A DNA stretch of 64,000 nucleotides from an uncultured Planctomycetales bacterium. GTDB taxonomy: Bacteria; Planctomycetota; MHYJ01; JACPRB01. Positions 49,755-60,209 of this stretch are shown here, one piece after another. The notes below the pieces were generated by a model. The model saw nothing but the letters and a program-made list of their open reading frames with translations, was not told where the DNA came from and ran no database searches. The translations under genes were made by a program, and so were the position numbers. Location: positions 17,445-81,444 of the forward strand of contig CAYXGZ010000006.1 in the NCBI GenBank assembly GCA_964464755.1, in the 5' to 3' direction. The stretch's first letter is position 1, and every line of letters starts with the position of its first letter.

Positions 49755-50836
49755 ACGCGGCGCTCCGCCGCTTCAGCTCCGCGCCCTTCTCCGCCCGATA
49801 GGCCGGATCGCCCGCGAGCCGGTCCAGGTTCCGGCCCAGCCCTTCCGCATCCCCGACCGCGTGGTAGAGCGCCCCGTCCCCCAGCACCTCGCGGTGGACC
49901 GGGATGTCGGAGGCCACGACCGGGCAGCCGAGGCTCGCCGCGTCGAGCGGCGGCAGGTGGAAGCCCTCGTAGATCGACGGCGAGGCCGATGCGACCGCGC
50001 CCCGGTAGAGGTCGGCCAGATCGGCCTCGGGGACGTACCCGAGCAGGCGCACGTTGGGGACCGAGGCCGCGTGCTCGAGGAGCCGGCCCGCCTTCCATCC
50101 GACGCCCCCGCACTGGAGGAGGACGAGGTCGGGGCGGGCGCGCATGGCCTCGAAGAGCACGGGCAGGTTCTTCCGGGGCTCGACGGTGTCCACGTTGATC
50201 ACGTAGGGGCGGTCGAGCCCGAGCCGCGCGACGACCTCGGGCCGCGGCGTCGAGGCGGCCAGCCGCGCGTTGGCCGCGAGCGGGACGACGGAGGCCTTCG
50301 GCGCGAGCTCCGGGAAGTGGTGGACGAGGCGGTCCCGCGTGAAGCCCGAGATGCACGCGATGCGGTCGGCCCGGAAGAGGCCCTGCTCCAGGCGGCCCGC
50401 CCCCAAGCGGTTCCGCCATCCCATCGACTCCGGATGGTCCCGCCACACGAGGTCCAGGAGCGTGACGACCTTCGGGAGGCGCGGGGGCAGGTTCCGGGGC
50501 AGGAAGTGGCTGGCGCTCCAGAGGACGTCGGGGCCCCAGGCCCGGACGTCGCGGCCCACCCCGACGAAGACCCTCCAGAGATCGGAGAGGAAGTTCGAGC
50601 CCCGGGCGAGGCGGACCTCCGCGCCGGGCCACTCGATCGGCTCGCCGGCAAAGATCTGGAGGCGGAGTTCCGGGTCGAGCGCCGGGAGGGCCTTCGCGAA
50701 CTCGTGGGCGAGGAAGCCGCGCCCCGTGGGGCGGTGGCCCATGCCCCTGGCGAAGATGGAGATATTCATCCGCGGGCCCGATTCCCCCGTGGTACAGTCT
50801 CGATCCGATCGCCGATCATACTCGATCGAATTCAAC

Positions 50837-51655
50837 ATGCGCGCGCTGGTCACCGGATCCACCGGCTTCGTCGGCACCCACCTCGTGCGCGAGCTGGCCT
50901 CGGCGGGCTGGAAGGTCGACCGCTTCCGGGGCGACGTGCGCGACCCCCGCGAGGCGCGGCGCTACCGCGGCGACGCCGTCTTCCACCTCGCCGCGCAGGC
51001 CAACCCCGGGCTCTCGTTCCGGGACCCCGCCGGCACCTTCGAGGTGAACGCCCTCGGGACGCTGCGCCTGCTGCGCGCCCTCGAGGGCTTCCGCGGCCGC
51101 GTGCTCGTGGTCAGCACCGGCGAGCTCTACCGTCCCGCCCGGAGGGCGCACCGCGAGACGGACCCCCTGCTCCCCCGCAACCCCTACGCGCTGAGCAAGC
51201 TGGCGGCGGAGGAGATCGCGCGGGCCCAGGACGGCCTCGACGTCGTCGTCGCGCGCCCCTTCAACCACACCGGGCCCGGGCAGCGGCCGCCCTACGTCTG
51301 CCCCTCGCTCGCGAAGCAGGTCCGGACGCGGCGCGTGATCCGCGCCGGGCAGCTGCGCTCGATCCGCGACTTCACCGACGTCCGCGACGTGGCCCGGGCC
51401 TACCGGCTGCTCGTGGAGCGCGGCCGCCGCGGCGAGACCTACAACGTCGCCTCGGGCCGGGGCCGGTCCATCCGGGAGATCCTCGACCTGCTGATCCGGC
51501 TCTCGGGCCGGAGCGTCCGGGTGAAGGTGGATCCCGCGCTGGTCCGGCCGCCGGACCACATGGTCGGGGACGCCGCGAAGCTGCGCCGGCACACGGGCTG
51601 GACCCCGAGCCTCCCCCTCGAGACGACGCTCCGGGACCTCCTGGGGTCCGCCTAG
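50837..51655 (+). CDS. NAD-dependent sugar epimerase/reductase (GDP-4-keto-6-deoxymannose reductase Rmd-like)
   Basis: ATG at 50837, in frame with track ORF 50270-51655. MRALVTGSTGFVGTHL, YALSK (YxxxK) and RPFNHTGPGQ motifs. Confidence 0.8.
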   Translation: MRALVTGSTGFVGTHLVRELASAGWKVDRFRGDVRDPREARRYRGDAVFHLAAQANPGLSFRDPAGTFEVNALGTLRLLRALEGFRGRVLVVSTGELYRPARRAHRETDPLLPRNPYALSKLAAEEIARAQDGLDVVVARPFNHTGPGQRPPYVCPSLAKQVRTRRVIRAGQLRSIRDFTDVRDVARAYRLLVERGRRGETYNVASGRGRSIREILDLLIRLSGRSVRVKVDPALVRPPDHMVGDAAKLRRHTGWTPSLPLETTLRDLLGSA

Positions 51656-51690
51656 GCGGGGCGCCGCGACCGCGATATCATCTCCCGATC

Positions 51691-53223
51691 ATGCAATTCC
51701 GCTGGAGCGCCATCTCGCAGCTCAAGCGCAACATCGTCATCAACATCGCCGGCAAGGTCTGGATCGCCGGGTTGATCGTCGTCATGATCCCCGCCCAGGT
51801 GAAGCTCCTCGGCCTGGAGGCCGTGGGCCTGCTGGGCTTCATCGCGTCGCTCCAGGTGCTCTTCACCGTGCTCGATCTCGGCCTCTCGTCCACCGTCACG
51901 CGGGAGGTGGCGATGGCTCCCCCCTCGAGCGGCGACCGCCGCACCGGGGAGCTCGTCCAGGCCCTCAGCTTCGTCTACTGGGCCACCGGCCTGGCCATCG
52001 GGCTGGGGATGTACGTCGCCGCGGAGTGGATCGGGCGGCGCTGGCTCCACTTCGAGAGCCTCTCGGACGACACCGCCGTGAAGGCCCTCCGCATCATCGG
52101 GATCTCGATGGCGGTCCGCTGGCCCATCGCGCTGTACTCCGGCGTCCTGGCGGGGCTGCAGCGGCGCGACCTGGTGAGCCTGCTCGACAGCGGCGCGGCC
52201 ACCTTCCGGCTGCTCGGCGGCCTCGTGGTCCTGCTGATCTCCCGCGACCTGCAGCTCTTCCTGGCCTGGACGCTGCTCGCCGCCCTCGTGGAGCTGGCCG
52301 CCTTCATGCTCGTCGCGTCGTCGTCGCTCAAGGGGACCTCGCTGGTCCCGCGCTTCTCGATCGCCCCGCTGAAGCGGATCTGGCGCTTCGCGATGGCCAT
52401 GAACCTGATCGGCCTGTTCACCATCGTCTTCACCCAGAGCGACCGGCAGGTCATCGCCAAGGTGCTGTCCGTCGAGGCGCTGGGCTGCTACTCGGTGGCG
52501 TACGGCATCGCGAGCCTGCTGGGCGGCGTGCCCGGGCTCGTGACCACCGCGATCTTCCCCACGCTCGCCGCCGACTTCGGCGCCGGGGACGAGGCGGGGT
52601 TCGTCCGCCGCTACGTCCGGGGCAGCCAGCTCATCATGCTCATGATCGCCTGGCCGGCCTTCGCGCTCATGTTCTCGGGCCACGACATCCTGCGGGCCTG
52701 GATCTCCGAGGAGATGGCCGGGCGCGCGGCGACCACGATGGCCCTGCTGGCGCTGGGCTTCCTGCTGAGCGCCCTGCACGTGATGGGCTACATCGCGGCG
52801 CTGGCGGCGGGCCGGCCCAACGTCTCGAACTGGGTCAACTTCTCGGCCATCTGGATCTACATCCCGGGCCTCTACTACTGCACCAAGACCTGGGGCGGCG
52901 TCGGCGCGGCCTCGGTCTGGGTCGGGCTCAACGCCTACGCGTCGATCCTCCTGCTGTCCGTGGTCCACGCGGGCATCCTCAAGCGGAGCGTGATCGCCTG
53001 GGCGGTCCGGGACGTGGGACCGATCATCGCCGCGGCCGCCCTGTCGGTCGCCGCGGCCAAGGGCCTCTCCCAGCTCGCGTTCCGGGGCAACGTCGTCGTG
53101 CTGGCGGCCCTCGGCGCGGTCGCGCTGGCGGCCTACGCGTGGTTCGGCCTCCGGAGGATCGGGACGGGCTTCCCCCTCCCGGGAGCGCCGGTCCTGGATC
53201 CGAAACCCAACGGGGGAGCGTAA
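51691..53223 (+). CDS. polysaccharide flippase (Wzx/MOP superfamily)
   Basis: ATG at 51691, in frame with track ORF 49690-53223. About 12-14 hydrophobic helices. N-terminal NIVINIAGKVW pattern typical of polysaccharide biosynthesis proteins. Confidence 0.8.
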   Translation: MQFRWSAISQLKRNIVINIAGKVWIAGLIVVMIPAQVKLLGLEAVGLLGFIASLQVLFTVLDLGLSSTVTREVAMAPPSSGDRRTGELVQALSFVYWATGLAIGLGMYVAAEWIGRRWLHFESLSDDTAVKALRIIGISMAVRWPIALYSGVLAGLQRRDLVSLLDSGAATFRLLGGLVVLLISRDLQLFLAWTLLAALVELAAFMLVASSSLKGTSLVPRFSIAPLKRIWRFAMAMNLIGLFTIVFTQSDRQVIAKVLSVEALGCYSVAYGIASLLGGVPGLVTTAIFPTLAADFGAGDEAGFVRRYVRGSQLIMLMIAWPAFALMFSGHDILRAWISEEMAGRAATTMALLALGFLLSALHVMGYIAALAAGRPNVSNWVNFSAIWIYIPGLYYCTKTWGGVGAASVWVGLNAYASILLLSVVHAGILKRSVIAWAVRDVGPIIAAAALSVAAAKGLSQLAFRGNVVVLAALGAVALAAYAWFGLRRIGTGFPLPGAPVLDPKPNGGA

Positions 53224-53225
53224 TC

Positions 53226-53945
53226 ATGTCCATGGCCGTGCTGAAGAACATGGACCAGGTCCGCGAGGCGCGGCGGGCCATGGTCGCCCGCGGCGCGTCC
53301 GCCATCGACGCGCCGTGGACGGCGCTGCTCCGCAAGCTGCGGCTGGTCGGCGGCGTCGGGATCGGCGACTACCTGAAGAGCTGGGACGTCTGGGAGTCCG
53401 TCCAGTTCCTCGAGCGGAACGTCCCGAAGGACGCCCCCATCCTGGACATCGGCTGCTACGCCTCGGAGGTCCTCGTCAGCCTCCACCGCGTGGGCTTCAC
53501 GAACCTGGCGGGGATCGACCTGAACCCGGCCCTCGACCGGATGCCGCACCAGGGCACGATCCGCTACCAGGTGGGCGACTTCCTGCGGACGCCCTACCCC
53601 GACGGCTCCTTCGCGGCGATCACGTCCATCTCGGTGATCGAGCACGGCTACGACGGCCCGGCCCTCTGCCGGGAGGCCTCGCGGCTGCTCAAGCCCGGCG
53701 GCTACCTCGTCATGTCCTTCGACTACTGGCCGGAGAAGATCGACACGACGGGCATCCGGATCTTCGGGATGACCTGGACCCTGTTCTCGAGGGGCGAGAT
53801 CCAGGACCTCGTCGCGGAGGCGGGCCGGCACGGGCTGAGCCCGGTGGGCGAGCTGAAGGCGGAGGCCCAGGACGCGCCGATCGATTTCGGCGGCAAGAAG
53901 TACACCTTCGGCTGGCTGGTCCTGAGGAAATCGGGAGGCCCATGA
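53226..53945 (+). CDS. class I SAM-dependent methyltransferase
   Basis: ATG at 53226. Motif I ILDIGCYASE, ITSISVIEHG and LLKPGGYLVMSF. Confidence 0.8.
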   Translation: MSMAVLKNMDQVREARRAMVARGASAIDAPWTALLRKLRLVGGVGIGDYLKSWDVWESVQFLERNVPKDAPILDIGCYASEVLVSLHRVGFTNLAGIDLNPALDRMPHQGTIRYQVGDFLRTPYPDGSFAAITSISVIEHGYDGPALCREASRLLKPGGYLVMSFDYWPEKIDTTGIRIFGMTWTLFSRGEIQDLVAEAGRHGLSPVGELKAEAQDAPIDFGGKKYTFGWLVLRKSGGP

Positions 53946-55042
53946 GGGTGCTGCTCGTCACGGGCTCCTACCCTCCCGAGCCCTGCGGGGTCGGCGACTA
54001 CACCCACCACCTCGCGAAGGCCCTGGCCGGCGTGGAGGGCCTCGACGTCGCGGTCCTGACGACGCGGGAGGACCGGCCCCCGGTCGAGCTGCCGGGCGTG
54101 AAGGTCTACCCCGAGGTCCCCCGCTGGACCCTGGGCTCGGCGCGGCTCGTGCGGCGGATCGTCGCGGAGCACCGGCCGGACCTCGTCCACGTCCAGTACC
54201 CGACGCAGGGCTACGACGGGATGCTGGCCGGCCTCCTGCCGGCGCTGTTGAAGTTGCGCGGCGCGCGGGTCGTCCAGACCTGGCACGAGTACTTCGCCTC
54301 CGGACTCCTCAAGGGGGTGTTCAAGGTCTTCGCCTGCGACGGGCTCGTCTACGTGCGAGCCGACCTGGCGGAGCGGCTGCCGGGCTGGGTCCGGCGCTCG
54401 CTGTCGTCGACGCCGATGGCCTTCGTGCCGAACGCGACGACGATCCCCCCGGTCGCCCTCGGCGCGGACGAGGTTCGGGCGCTCCGCGCCTCCCTCTCGC
54501 CCGATCGCTCGATCGTCTGCTACTTCGGCTTCCCGTATCCCCACAAGGGCGTCGACCGGCTCTTCGAGATCGCCGACCCGGCGAAGCACCACCTGCTGCT
54601 GATCTGCGACCTGGATCGCGGGAACGAGTACCAGGCCGGGATCCTGAGCCGCGCGCAGGAGCCCCGCTGGGCGGGCCGCGTCACCGTGACGGGGTTCCAG
54701 CCCGCGCGAAAGGTGGGCGAGTTCCTCGCCGTGGCCGACGCGGTGGTGTTCCCCTTCCCCGGCGGAGCCGGCTCGTGGAACACCTCGCTCAAGGCCGCCG
54801 AGGCGTCGGGCGCGTTCACGCTGGCCACGTCCGCCGACCCCGGCCTCCGCGGGCTCCAGCCCGGGACGAACACGTTCTACGCCGCCTGCGACGACCTCGC
54901 GGGCCTCAAGGAGGCCCTGGCGGTGCACGCGGGCCGGCGGATCGCGCCGCGGCTCGAGGATCCGTGGCGGGACATCGCCCTCGCCCATGAACGGCTCTAT
55001 CGCCGGGTCCTCGAGGGGAGGAGGGCCGATGCCGGCGCCTGA
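53942..55042 (+). CDS. glycosyltransferase family 4
   Basis: ATG at 53942 overlaps the previous stop (ATGA). MRVLLVTGSYPPEPCGVGDYTHHLAKAL N-terminus. Confidence 0.8.
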   Translation: MRVLLVTGSYPPEPCGVGDYTHHLAKALAGVEGLDVAVLTTREDRPPVELPGVKVYPEVPRWTLGSARLVRRIVAEHRPDLVHVQYPTQGYDGMLAGLLPALLKLRGARVVQTWHEYFASGLLKGVFKVFACDGLVYVRADLAERLPGWVRRSLSSTPMAFVPNATTIPPVALGADEVRALRASLSPDRSIVCYFGFPYPHKGVDRLFEIADPAKHHLLLICDLDRGNEYQAGILSRAQEPRWAGRVTVTGFQPARKVGEFLAVADAVVFPFPGGAGSWNTSLKAAEASGAFTLATSADPGLRGLQPGTNTFYAACDDLAGLKEALAVHAGRRIAPRLEDPWRDIALAHERLYRRVLEGRRADAGA

Positions 55043-56069
55043 AACGGGCCCGGGGCCGATCCGCCTCTCGGTCTGCATCCCGACGTACAACTTCGGCGCC
55101 TTCATCCGGGAGACGCTGGACAGCGTCATCCGGGAGGCCGGCCCGGCGACCGAGATCGTGGTCGTCGACGGCGCGTCCACGGACAACACGGGCGAGGTCG
55201 TGCGCGAGGCCCAGTCGCGCTTCCCCCGCCTCGCCTACCACCTCCTCCCCGCGAAGGGCGGCATCGATCGCGACATCGAGATCAGCGTGGAGAAGGCCCG
55301 CGGCGAGTGGTGCTGGCTGCTCTCCAGCGACGACGTGCTGGTGCCGGGCGCCCTCCGGCGCCTGGAGCAGGCGCTGCCCTCCGACACGGACATCTACCTT
55401 TGCAACCGGATCGAGACGGATCGCAACCTGGTCCCCGTTCGGGCCGACCGCTGGCTGGCGGGCCGGGCCGGCGACCGCAGCTTCCGCTTCCCGGGCCCCG
55501 AGGCCTGGATCGAGTACTGCCGGCTCGCGAAGTCCATCGGGGCGCTGTTCAGCTACATGAGCTCGATCATCGTCCGGAAGGCGGCCTGGGATCGCGCGTC
55601 GCACGGCGCGGAGTACCTGGGCACGAACTACGCCCACGTCGCGCGGCTCGTGAGCATCCTCCAGGGCGGGGGCCGATTGACCTGCCTCGACGAGCCCCGG
55701 GTGCTCTGCCGGGGCGAGAACGACAGCTTCCGGGACCGGGGGGTGCTGCGGCGCTACCTGATCGACTTCCAGGGGTACGACCGGCTCTCGCGCGGGCTCT
55801 TCGCCGACCCCGCGGTCCGGACGGCCTTCCGCGACGTCGTCCGGCGCGAGCACCGCTGGTACCTGCTGACGCAGGTCCGCCACGCCGCGGCCGTCTCGGG
55901 CCGGCCCTGGCGCGAGCTGGATTCGCTGCTCCGCAGTTATCGCTACCCGGCCTGGGAGCGCTTCCTCATCGACCGGCTGGGCTCCTCGAGAGTCGTCATG
56001 GGATTGGCCTTCCCGGCGCGGAGGGCCTACAAGCGGTGGCGCTCGAGGACGGCCCGGGCCCAGGGGTGA
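55029..56069 (+). CDS. glycosyltransferase family 2
   Basis: ATG at 55029 overlaps the previous gene by 14 nt. LSVCIPTYNFGAFIRETLDSV...IVVVDGASTDNT and SSDD motifs. Confidence 0.8.
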   Translation: MPAPETGPGPIRLSVCIPTYNFGAFIRETLDSVIREAGPATEIVVVDGASTDNTGEVVREAQSRFPRLAYHLLPAKGGIDRDIEISVEKARGEWCWLLSSDDVLVPGALRRLEQALPSDTDIYLCNRIETDRNLVPVRADRWLAGRAGDRSFRFPGPEAWIEYCRLAKSIGALFSYMSSIIVRKAAWDRASHGAEYLGTNYAHVARLVSILQGGGRLTCLDEPRVLCRGENDSFRDRGVLRRYLIDFQGYDRLSRGLFADPAVRTAFRDVVRREHRWYLLTQVRHAAAVSGRPWRELDSLLRSYRYPAWERFLIDRLGSSRVVMGLAFPARRAYKRWRSRTARAQG

Positions 56070-56146
56070 CGTTTTTTCGTGGCCGGGCTCGGCGGCTTAT
56101 GTGAGAGTGGCGGTCCATCGCCGCCGTCCATTTTTCGCACACCCGA

Positions 56147-57130
56147 ATGAAGACCGCGCTGGTGACGGGAGTCACGGGCCAGGACGGTTCCTACCTGGCC
56201 GAGCTGCTGCTGGAGAAGGGATACCGCGTCGTCGGCACCACCCGCGACGTCCGGACGGCCGCGCTGCCGGCGGGCCTCGGTTCCCGCGTCACCCTCGTCC
56301 CGATGAACCTCCTCGACGCGGCCGACGTGCGCGGGGTGGTCGAGTCGGCGGCCCCGGACGAGATCTACAACTGCGCGGCCTACTCCTCGGGCGCGGGGAT
56401 GTACGAGGATCCGGTCGGTCTCGGGGAGATCAACGGGCTCGCCGTCACCCGGCTCCTGGAGGCCCTCCGCGCGGCGCGGCCGCGGGCCCGCTTCTGCCAG
56501 GCCTCGAGCCGGGAGATCTTCGGCGAGGCGGCCCGGAGCCCGCAGTCGGAGCTCACGCCGCCCGATCCCCGGAGCCCGTACGGCGCGGCCAAGCTCTACG
56601 CCGACGCGATGGTCCGGATCCACCGCCGGCGCTACGGGACCTTCGCCTGCTCGGCGATCCTCTACAACCACGAGAGCCCGAGGCGCCGTCCCGAGTTCGT
56701 CACCCGGAAGATTACGCAGGCCGCGGCGGCCATCAAGCTCGGGCTGGCGAAGGACCTGGCCCTGGGCAGCCTCGAGGCCCGGCGGGACTGGGGCTACGCC
56801 GGCGACCACGTGCGCGCGATGTGGGCCATGCTGCAGGCGCCCGGGCCCGACGACTACGTCGTGGCCACCGGCGTCGCGCACACCGTGAGGGAGTTCTGTG
56901 AGGCCGCGTTCGGGCACGTCGGCCTGGACTACCGGGACCACGTGAAGGAGGACGCCGCGGCCCGGCGGCCCGACGAGCCGGTGGACCTGGTGGGCGACAT
57001 CGGCAAGGCGCGGAGCCGGCTCGGCTGGTCCCCCGCCGTGGACTTCGCGGCCCTCGTGAGGATGATGGTGGACGCGGACCTGCAGCTCCTTTCCGCCAAG
57101 ATGAAGGGCACCCACGATGCCAAAGTTTAA
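56147..57130 (+). CDS. GDP-mannose 4,6-dehydratase-like SDR (short paralogue)
   Basis: [35 protein letters not shown] and ILYNHESPRR motifs of the GMD family. 327 aa, shorter and diverged from the copy at 62674-63708. Confidence 0.85.
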   Translation: MKTALVTGVTGQDGSYLAELLLEKGYRVVGTTRDVRTAALPAGLGSRVTLVPMNLLDAADVRGVVESAAPDEIYNCAAYSSGAGMYEDPVGLGEINGLAVTRLLEALRAARPRARFCQASSREIFGEAARSPQSELTPPDPRSPYGAAKLYADAMVRIHRRRYGTFACSAILYNHESPRRRPEFVTRKITQAAAAIKLGLAKDLALGSLEARRDWGYAGDHVRAMWAMLQAPGPDDYVVATGVAHTVREFCEAAFGHVGLDYRDHVKEDAAARRPDEPVDLVGDIGKARSRLGWSPAVDFAALVRMMVDADLQLLSAKMKGTHDAKV

Positions 57131-58364
57131 GGCCGTCACCCGCTGCCGCATCTGCGGCCAGGAACGCCTGGAGCGCGTCCTCGATCTCGGCTCGCAGATG
57201 CTCACCGGGGTCTTCCCCCGGGAGCGCAACGCCGACGTCACGGTCGGGCCGCTCCGCCTCGTCAAGTGCACCGGGGGCGCCGAGGCCTGCGGCCTGCTCC
57301 AGCTGGAGCACTCCTACGACCTCGCCGAGATGTACGGGAAGAACTACGGCTACCGCTCGGGCCTCAACGCGAGCATGGTGGCCCACCTGCACGGCAAGGT
57401 GCGCGCGATCCTCGCCCGCGTCACGCCGGGCCCGGGCGACCTCGTCGTCGACATCGGCAGCAACGACGGCACGACCCTCGGGGCGTACCCGCGCTCCGGG
57501 CCCCAGCTCGTCGGCATCGACCCGACGGGCGTGCACTTCCGCCAGTACTACCGCGACGACATCCACCTGATCCCGGAGTTCTTCTCGCGGTCGCTCCTCG
57601 CCGCCAAGTTCCCGGGCCGGAAGGCGAAGGTCATCACGTCGTTCTCGATGTTCTACGACCTGGAGTCGCCCCGGGGCTTCATGGAGGAGATCCGCGACTC
57701 CCTGGCCGACGACGGGATCTGGGTCTTCGAGCAGAGCTACATGCCCGCGATGCTCCGGACGAACTCGTACGACACCGTGTGCCACGAGCACCTCGAGTTC
57801 TACGGGCTGCGGCAGATCAAGTGGATGACCGACCGGACGGGCCTGAAGATCCTCGACGTCGAGTTCAACGACGTGAACGGCGGGAGCTTCTCGATCACGG
57901 TCGCGAAGGCGTCGCACCCGGCGGCCCCCTCGCCCGCCGTGGACCGCATCCTCGCGGAGGAGCAGGCCGCCGGGCTGGACACCCTCGAGCCCTACCGGGG
58001 CTTCGCGGAGCAGGCCCTGGCCTCGAAGGAGGCGGTGCTCGAGTTCCTCGCCCGGGCGCGGAAGGACGGAAAGTCGGTCGCCGCGCTGGGGGCCTCGACC
58101 AAGGGCAACGTCCTGCTGCAGTACTGCGGAATCACGGAGCGGGACATCCGCTGCGTGGGCGAGGTCAACGTCGAGAAGGTGGGCGGCTTCACGCCGGGCA
58201 CCTGGCTGCCCATCGTGGCGGAGGCGGAGCTGCTCCGGAGCAACCCGGACTACCTCTTCGTGCTGCCCTGGCACTTCAAGCCGTTCTTCCTGAAGCTGCC
58301 CTCGCTGAAGGGGCGGAAGCTCGTGTTCCCGCTGCCGTCGCTGGAGGTCGTGACCCCGACCTAG
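57117..58364 (+). CDS. SAM-dependent sugar C-methyltransferase-like protein (zinc-ribbon N-domain + methyltransferase + C-terminal domain; TylCIII-type architecture)
   Basis: CRICG...CTG..CGLLQL zinc-ribbon. VVDIGSNDGTTL motif I. CHEHLEFYG...NGGSF matches the C-methyltransferase C-domain pattern. Overlaps the gmd-like gene by 14 nt. Confidence 0.7.
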   Translation: MPKFKAVTRCRICGQERLERVLDLGSQMLTGVFPRERNADVTVGPLRLVKCTGGAEACGLLQLEHSYDLAEMYGKNYGYRSGLNASMVAHLHGKVRAILARVTPGPGDLVVDIGSNDGTTLGAYPRSGPQLVGIDPTGVHFRQYYRDDIHLIPEFFSRSLLAAKFPGRKAKVITSFSMFYDLESPRGFMEEIRDSLADDGIWVFEQSYMPAMLRTNSYDTVCHEHLEFYGLRQIKWMTDRTGLKILDVEFNDVNGGSFSITVAKASHPAAPSPAVDRILAEEQAAGLDTLEPYRGFAEQALASKEAVLEFLARARKDGKSVAALGASTKGNVLLQYCGITERDIRCVGEVNVEKVGGFTPGTWLPIVAEAELLRSNPDYLFVLPWHFKPFFLKLPSLKGRKLVFPLPSLEVVTPT

Positions 58365-58371
58365 AGGCGAC

Positions 58372-59106
58372 ATGCTCCCCAAGACGGACCTCTACGGCGT
58401 CGGAGTCACGGCGGCGGACCCCGAGCAGATCGTCGCCGAGGTCCGCGAGCGGGTGCGGCTCCGCGGGGCGCCCATCGTCCTCGCCGCGGTGAACGCGCAC
58501 ACGTACTCCGAGGCGCGCCGCGATCCCGAGTTCCGGGCCGCGCTGGCCGCGGCCGACATCGCGTGGACCGACGGCGTCCCCGTGCAGTGGGCGGGCCGGC
58601 TCACCGGGCGCCGGGTCGGGCGCCGCATCCACGGGCACGACCTCATGGTCCGGCTCCTGAAGGAGCCCTGCTCGCACTACTTCTACGGGTCCACGCCCGA
58701 GGTCCTCGAGGACCTGCGGCGGGCCCTCCCCGGGGTGAGGATCGCGGGGACGCACTCGCCGCCCCACGCGAAGCGCGCGGCGCGGGCGGACGTCTCCATG
58801 ATCAACGACTCCGGCGCGGACATCGCGTGGATCGCGCTGGGGGCTCCGAAGCAGGAGCTCTGGGCCCAGCTCAACCGCGACCAGGTCCGGGTCCCCGTGA
58901 TCGCCTGCGTGGGCGCGGCCTTCGAGATCCTCGCGGGCCGCCGCTCGCGCGCCCCCCGGGCGCTGCAGGCGCTGGGCCTGGAGTGGGCCTGGCGGCTCTC
59001 CCAGGACCCCGCCCGGCTCTGGAGGCGCTACCTCTCGACAAACGGCGCCTTCATCTCGCATATTCTCAGCGGCTGGCTCGCCGGCCCCCGCGAAAGGACA
59101 CCATGA
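58372..59106 (+). CDS. WecB/TagA/CpsF family glycosyltransferase (GT26)
   Basis: AAVNAHTYSEARRDPEF...TDGVPVQWAGRL...IALGAPKQELW pattern. Confidence 0.8.
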   Translation: MLPKTDLYGVGVTAADPEQIVAEVRERVRLRGAPIVLAAVNAHTYSEARRDPEFRAALAAADIAWTDGVPVQWAGRLTGRRVGRRIHGHDLMVRLLKEPCSHYFYGSTPEVLEDLRRALPGVRIAGTHSPPHAKRAARADVSMINDSGADIAWIALGAPKQELWAQLNRDQVRVPVIACVGAAFEILAGRRSRAPRALQALGLEWAWRLSQDPARLWRRYLSTNGAFISHILSGWLAGPRERTP

Positions 59107-60209
59107 GCGCCCCGAAGATCCCCCTCGTCGACGTCGCCGCCGCCCACGCCGCCATCGGGGCCCCCCTGCCCGAGGCGATCCAGCGCGTGCTGGCCTCCGG
59201 CCGCTTCATCCAGGGCGAGGAGACGAAGCGCTTCGAGCAGGCCTTCGCGGCCTACTGCGAGACGACGGAGTGCCTCGCGGTGGACTCGGGCACGGCCGCC
59301 CTGCACCTCGCCTTCGTGGCCTGCGGCCTGAAGCCCGGCGACGAGGTCCTGACGACGCCCTTCACCTTCGTCGCCACCGGCACGGCGATGCTCCACGCGG
59401 GCCTGCAGCCCCGCTTCGCGGACATCGACCCCGTCGACATGAACCTCGACCCCGCGAAGCTGGAGGCGGCGATCACGCCCCGGACGCGCGCGATCGTGCC
59501 CGTCCACATCTTCGGCAGCCCGGCGAACATGACGGAGATCTGCCGGATCGCGAAGGCGCGCGGGCTGGTCGTCGTCGAAGACGCCTGCCAGGCCCACGGG
59601 GCCCGGCACCAGGGCCGCCGCGCCGGCTCCTTCGGCGACGCGGGCACCTTCAGCTTCTACCCCTCGAAGAACCTCGGGGCCGTGGGCGACGGCGGGGCCG
59701 TCGTGACGAGCACGCCCTCGGTCGCCGCCGCGGTCCGGCTTTCGCGCGACCACGGCCGGACCTCGAAGTACGAGCACGGCGTCGTCGGGTGGAACTACCG
59801 CATGGACGAGTTCCAGGCGGCCGCGCTGAACGTCAAGCTGCCCCGCCTCGAGGAGGGCAACGGGAGGCGCCGCGCGCTGGCCCGCCGCTACCACGAGAAG
59901 CTCCAGGGCCTGCCGCTCGTCCTGCCCCCGCAGGTGCCGGACGCCGCGTGGCACCTCTACGTGATCCGCACGCCGAAGCGGGACGCCCTGCGCGACCACC
60001 TGCAGGCCGCGGGGATCGAGACGGGCGTCCACTACCCCCTGCCCCTGCACCTGCAGCCCCCGTTCGCGTCCTGCGGCGGGAAGCGCGGGCAGTTCCCGCA
60101 CGCGGAGAAGGCGGCCGACGAGTGCCTCTCGCTGCCGATGTACCCCGAGCTGGGCGACGCGGGCGTGGACCGGGTCGCGGGCGCCGTGCGCGCCTTCCTC
60201 AGCGCGTGA
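59103..60209 (+). CDS. DegT/DnrJ/EryC1/StrS family sugar aminotransferase (perosamine-synthase-like)
   Basis: ATG at 59103 overlaps the previous stop (ATGA). FEQAFAAYCETTECLAVDSGTAALHLA and FSFYPSKNLGA (PLP lysine) motifs. Confidence 0.85.
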   Translation: MSAPKIPLVDVAAAHAAIGAPLPEAIQRVLASGRFIQGEETKRFEQAFAAYCETTECLAVDSGTAALHLAFVACGLKPGDEVLTTPFTFVATGTAMLHAGLQPRFADIDPVDMNLDPAKLEAAITPRTRAIVPVHIFGSPANMTEICRIAKARGLVVVEDACQAHGARHQGRRAGSFGDAGTFSFYPSKNLGAVGDGGAVVTSTPSVAAAVRLSRDHGRTSKYEHGVVGWNYRMDEFQAAALNVKLPRLEEGNGRRRALARRYHEKLQGLPLVLPPQVPDAAWHLYVIRTPKRDALRDHLQAAGIETGVHYPLPLHLQPPFASCGGKRGQFPHAEKAADECLSLPMYPELGDAGVDRVAGAVRAFLSA

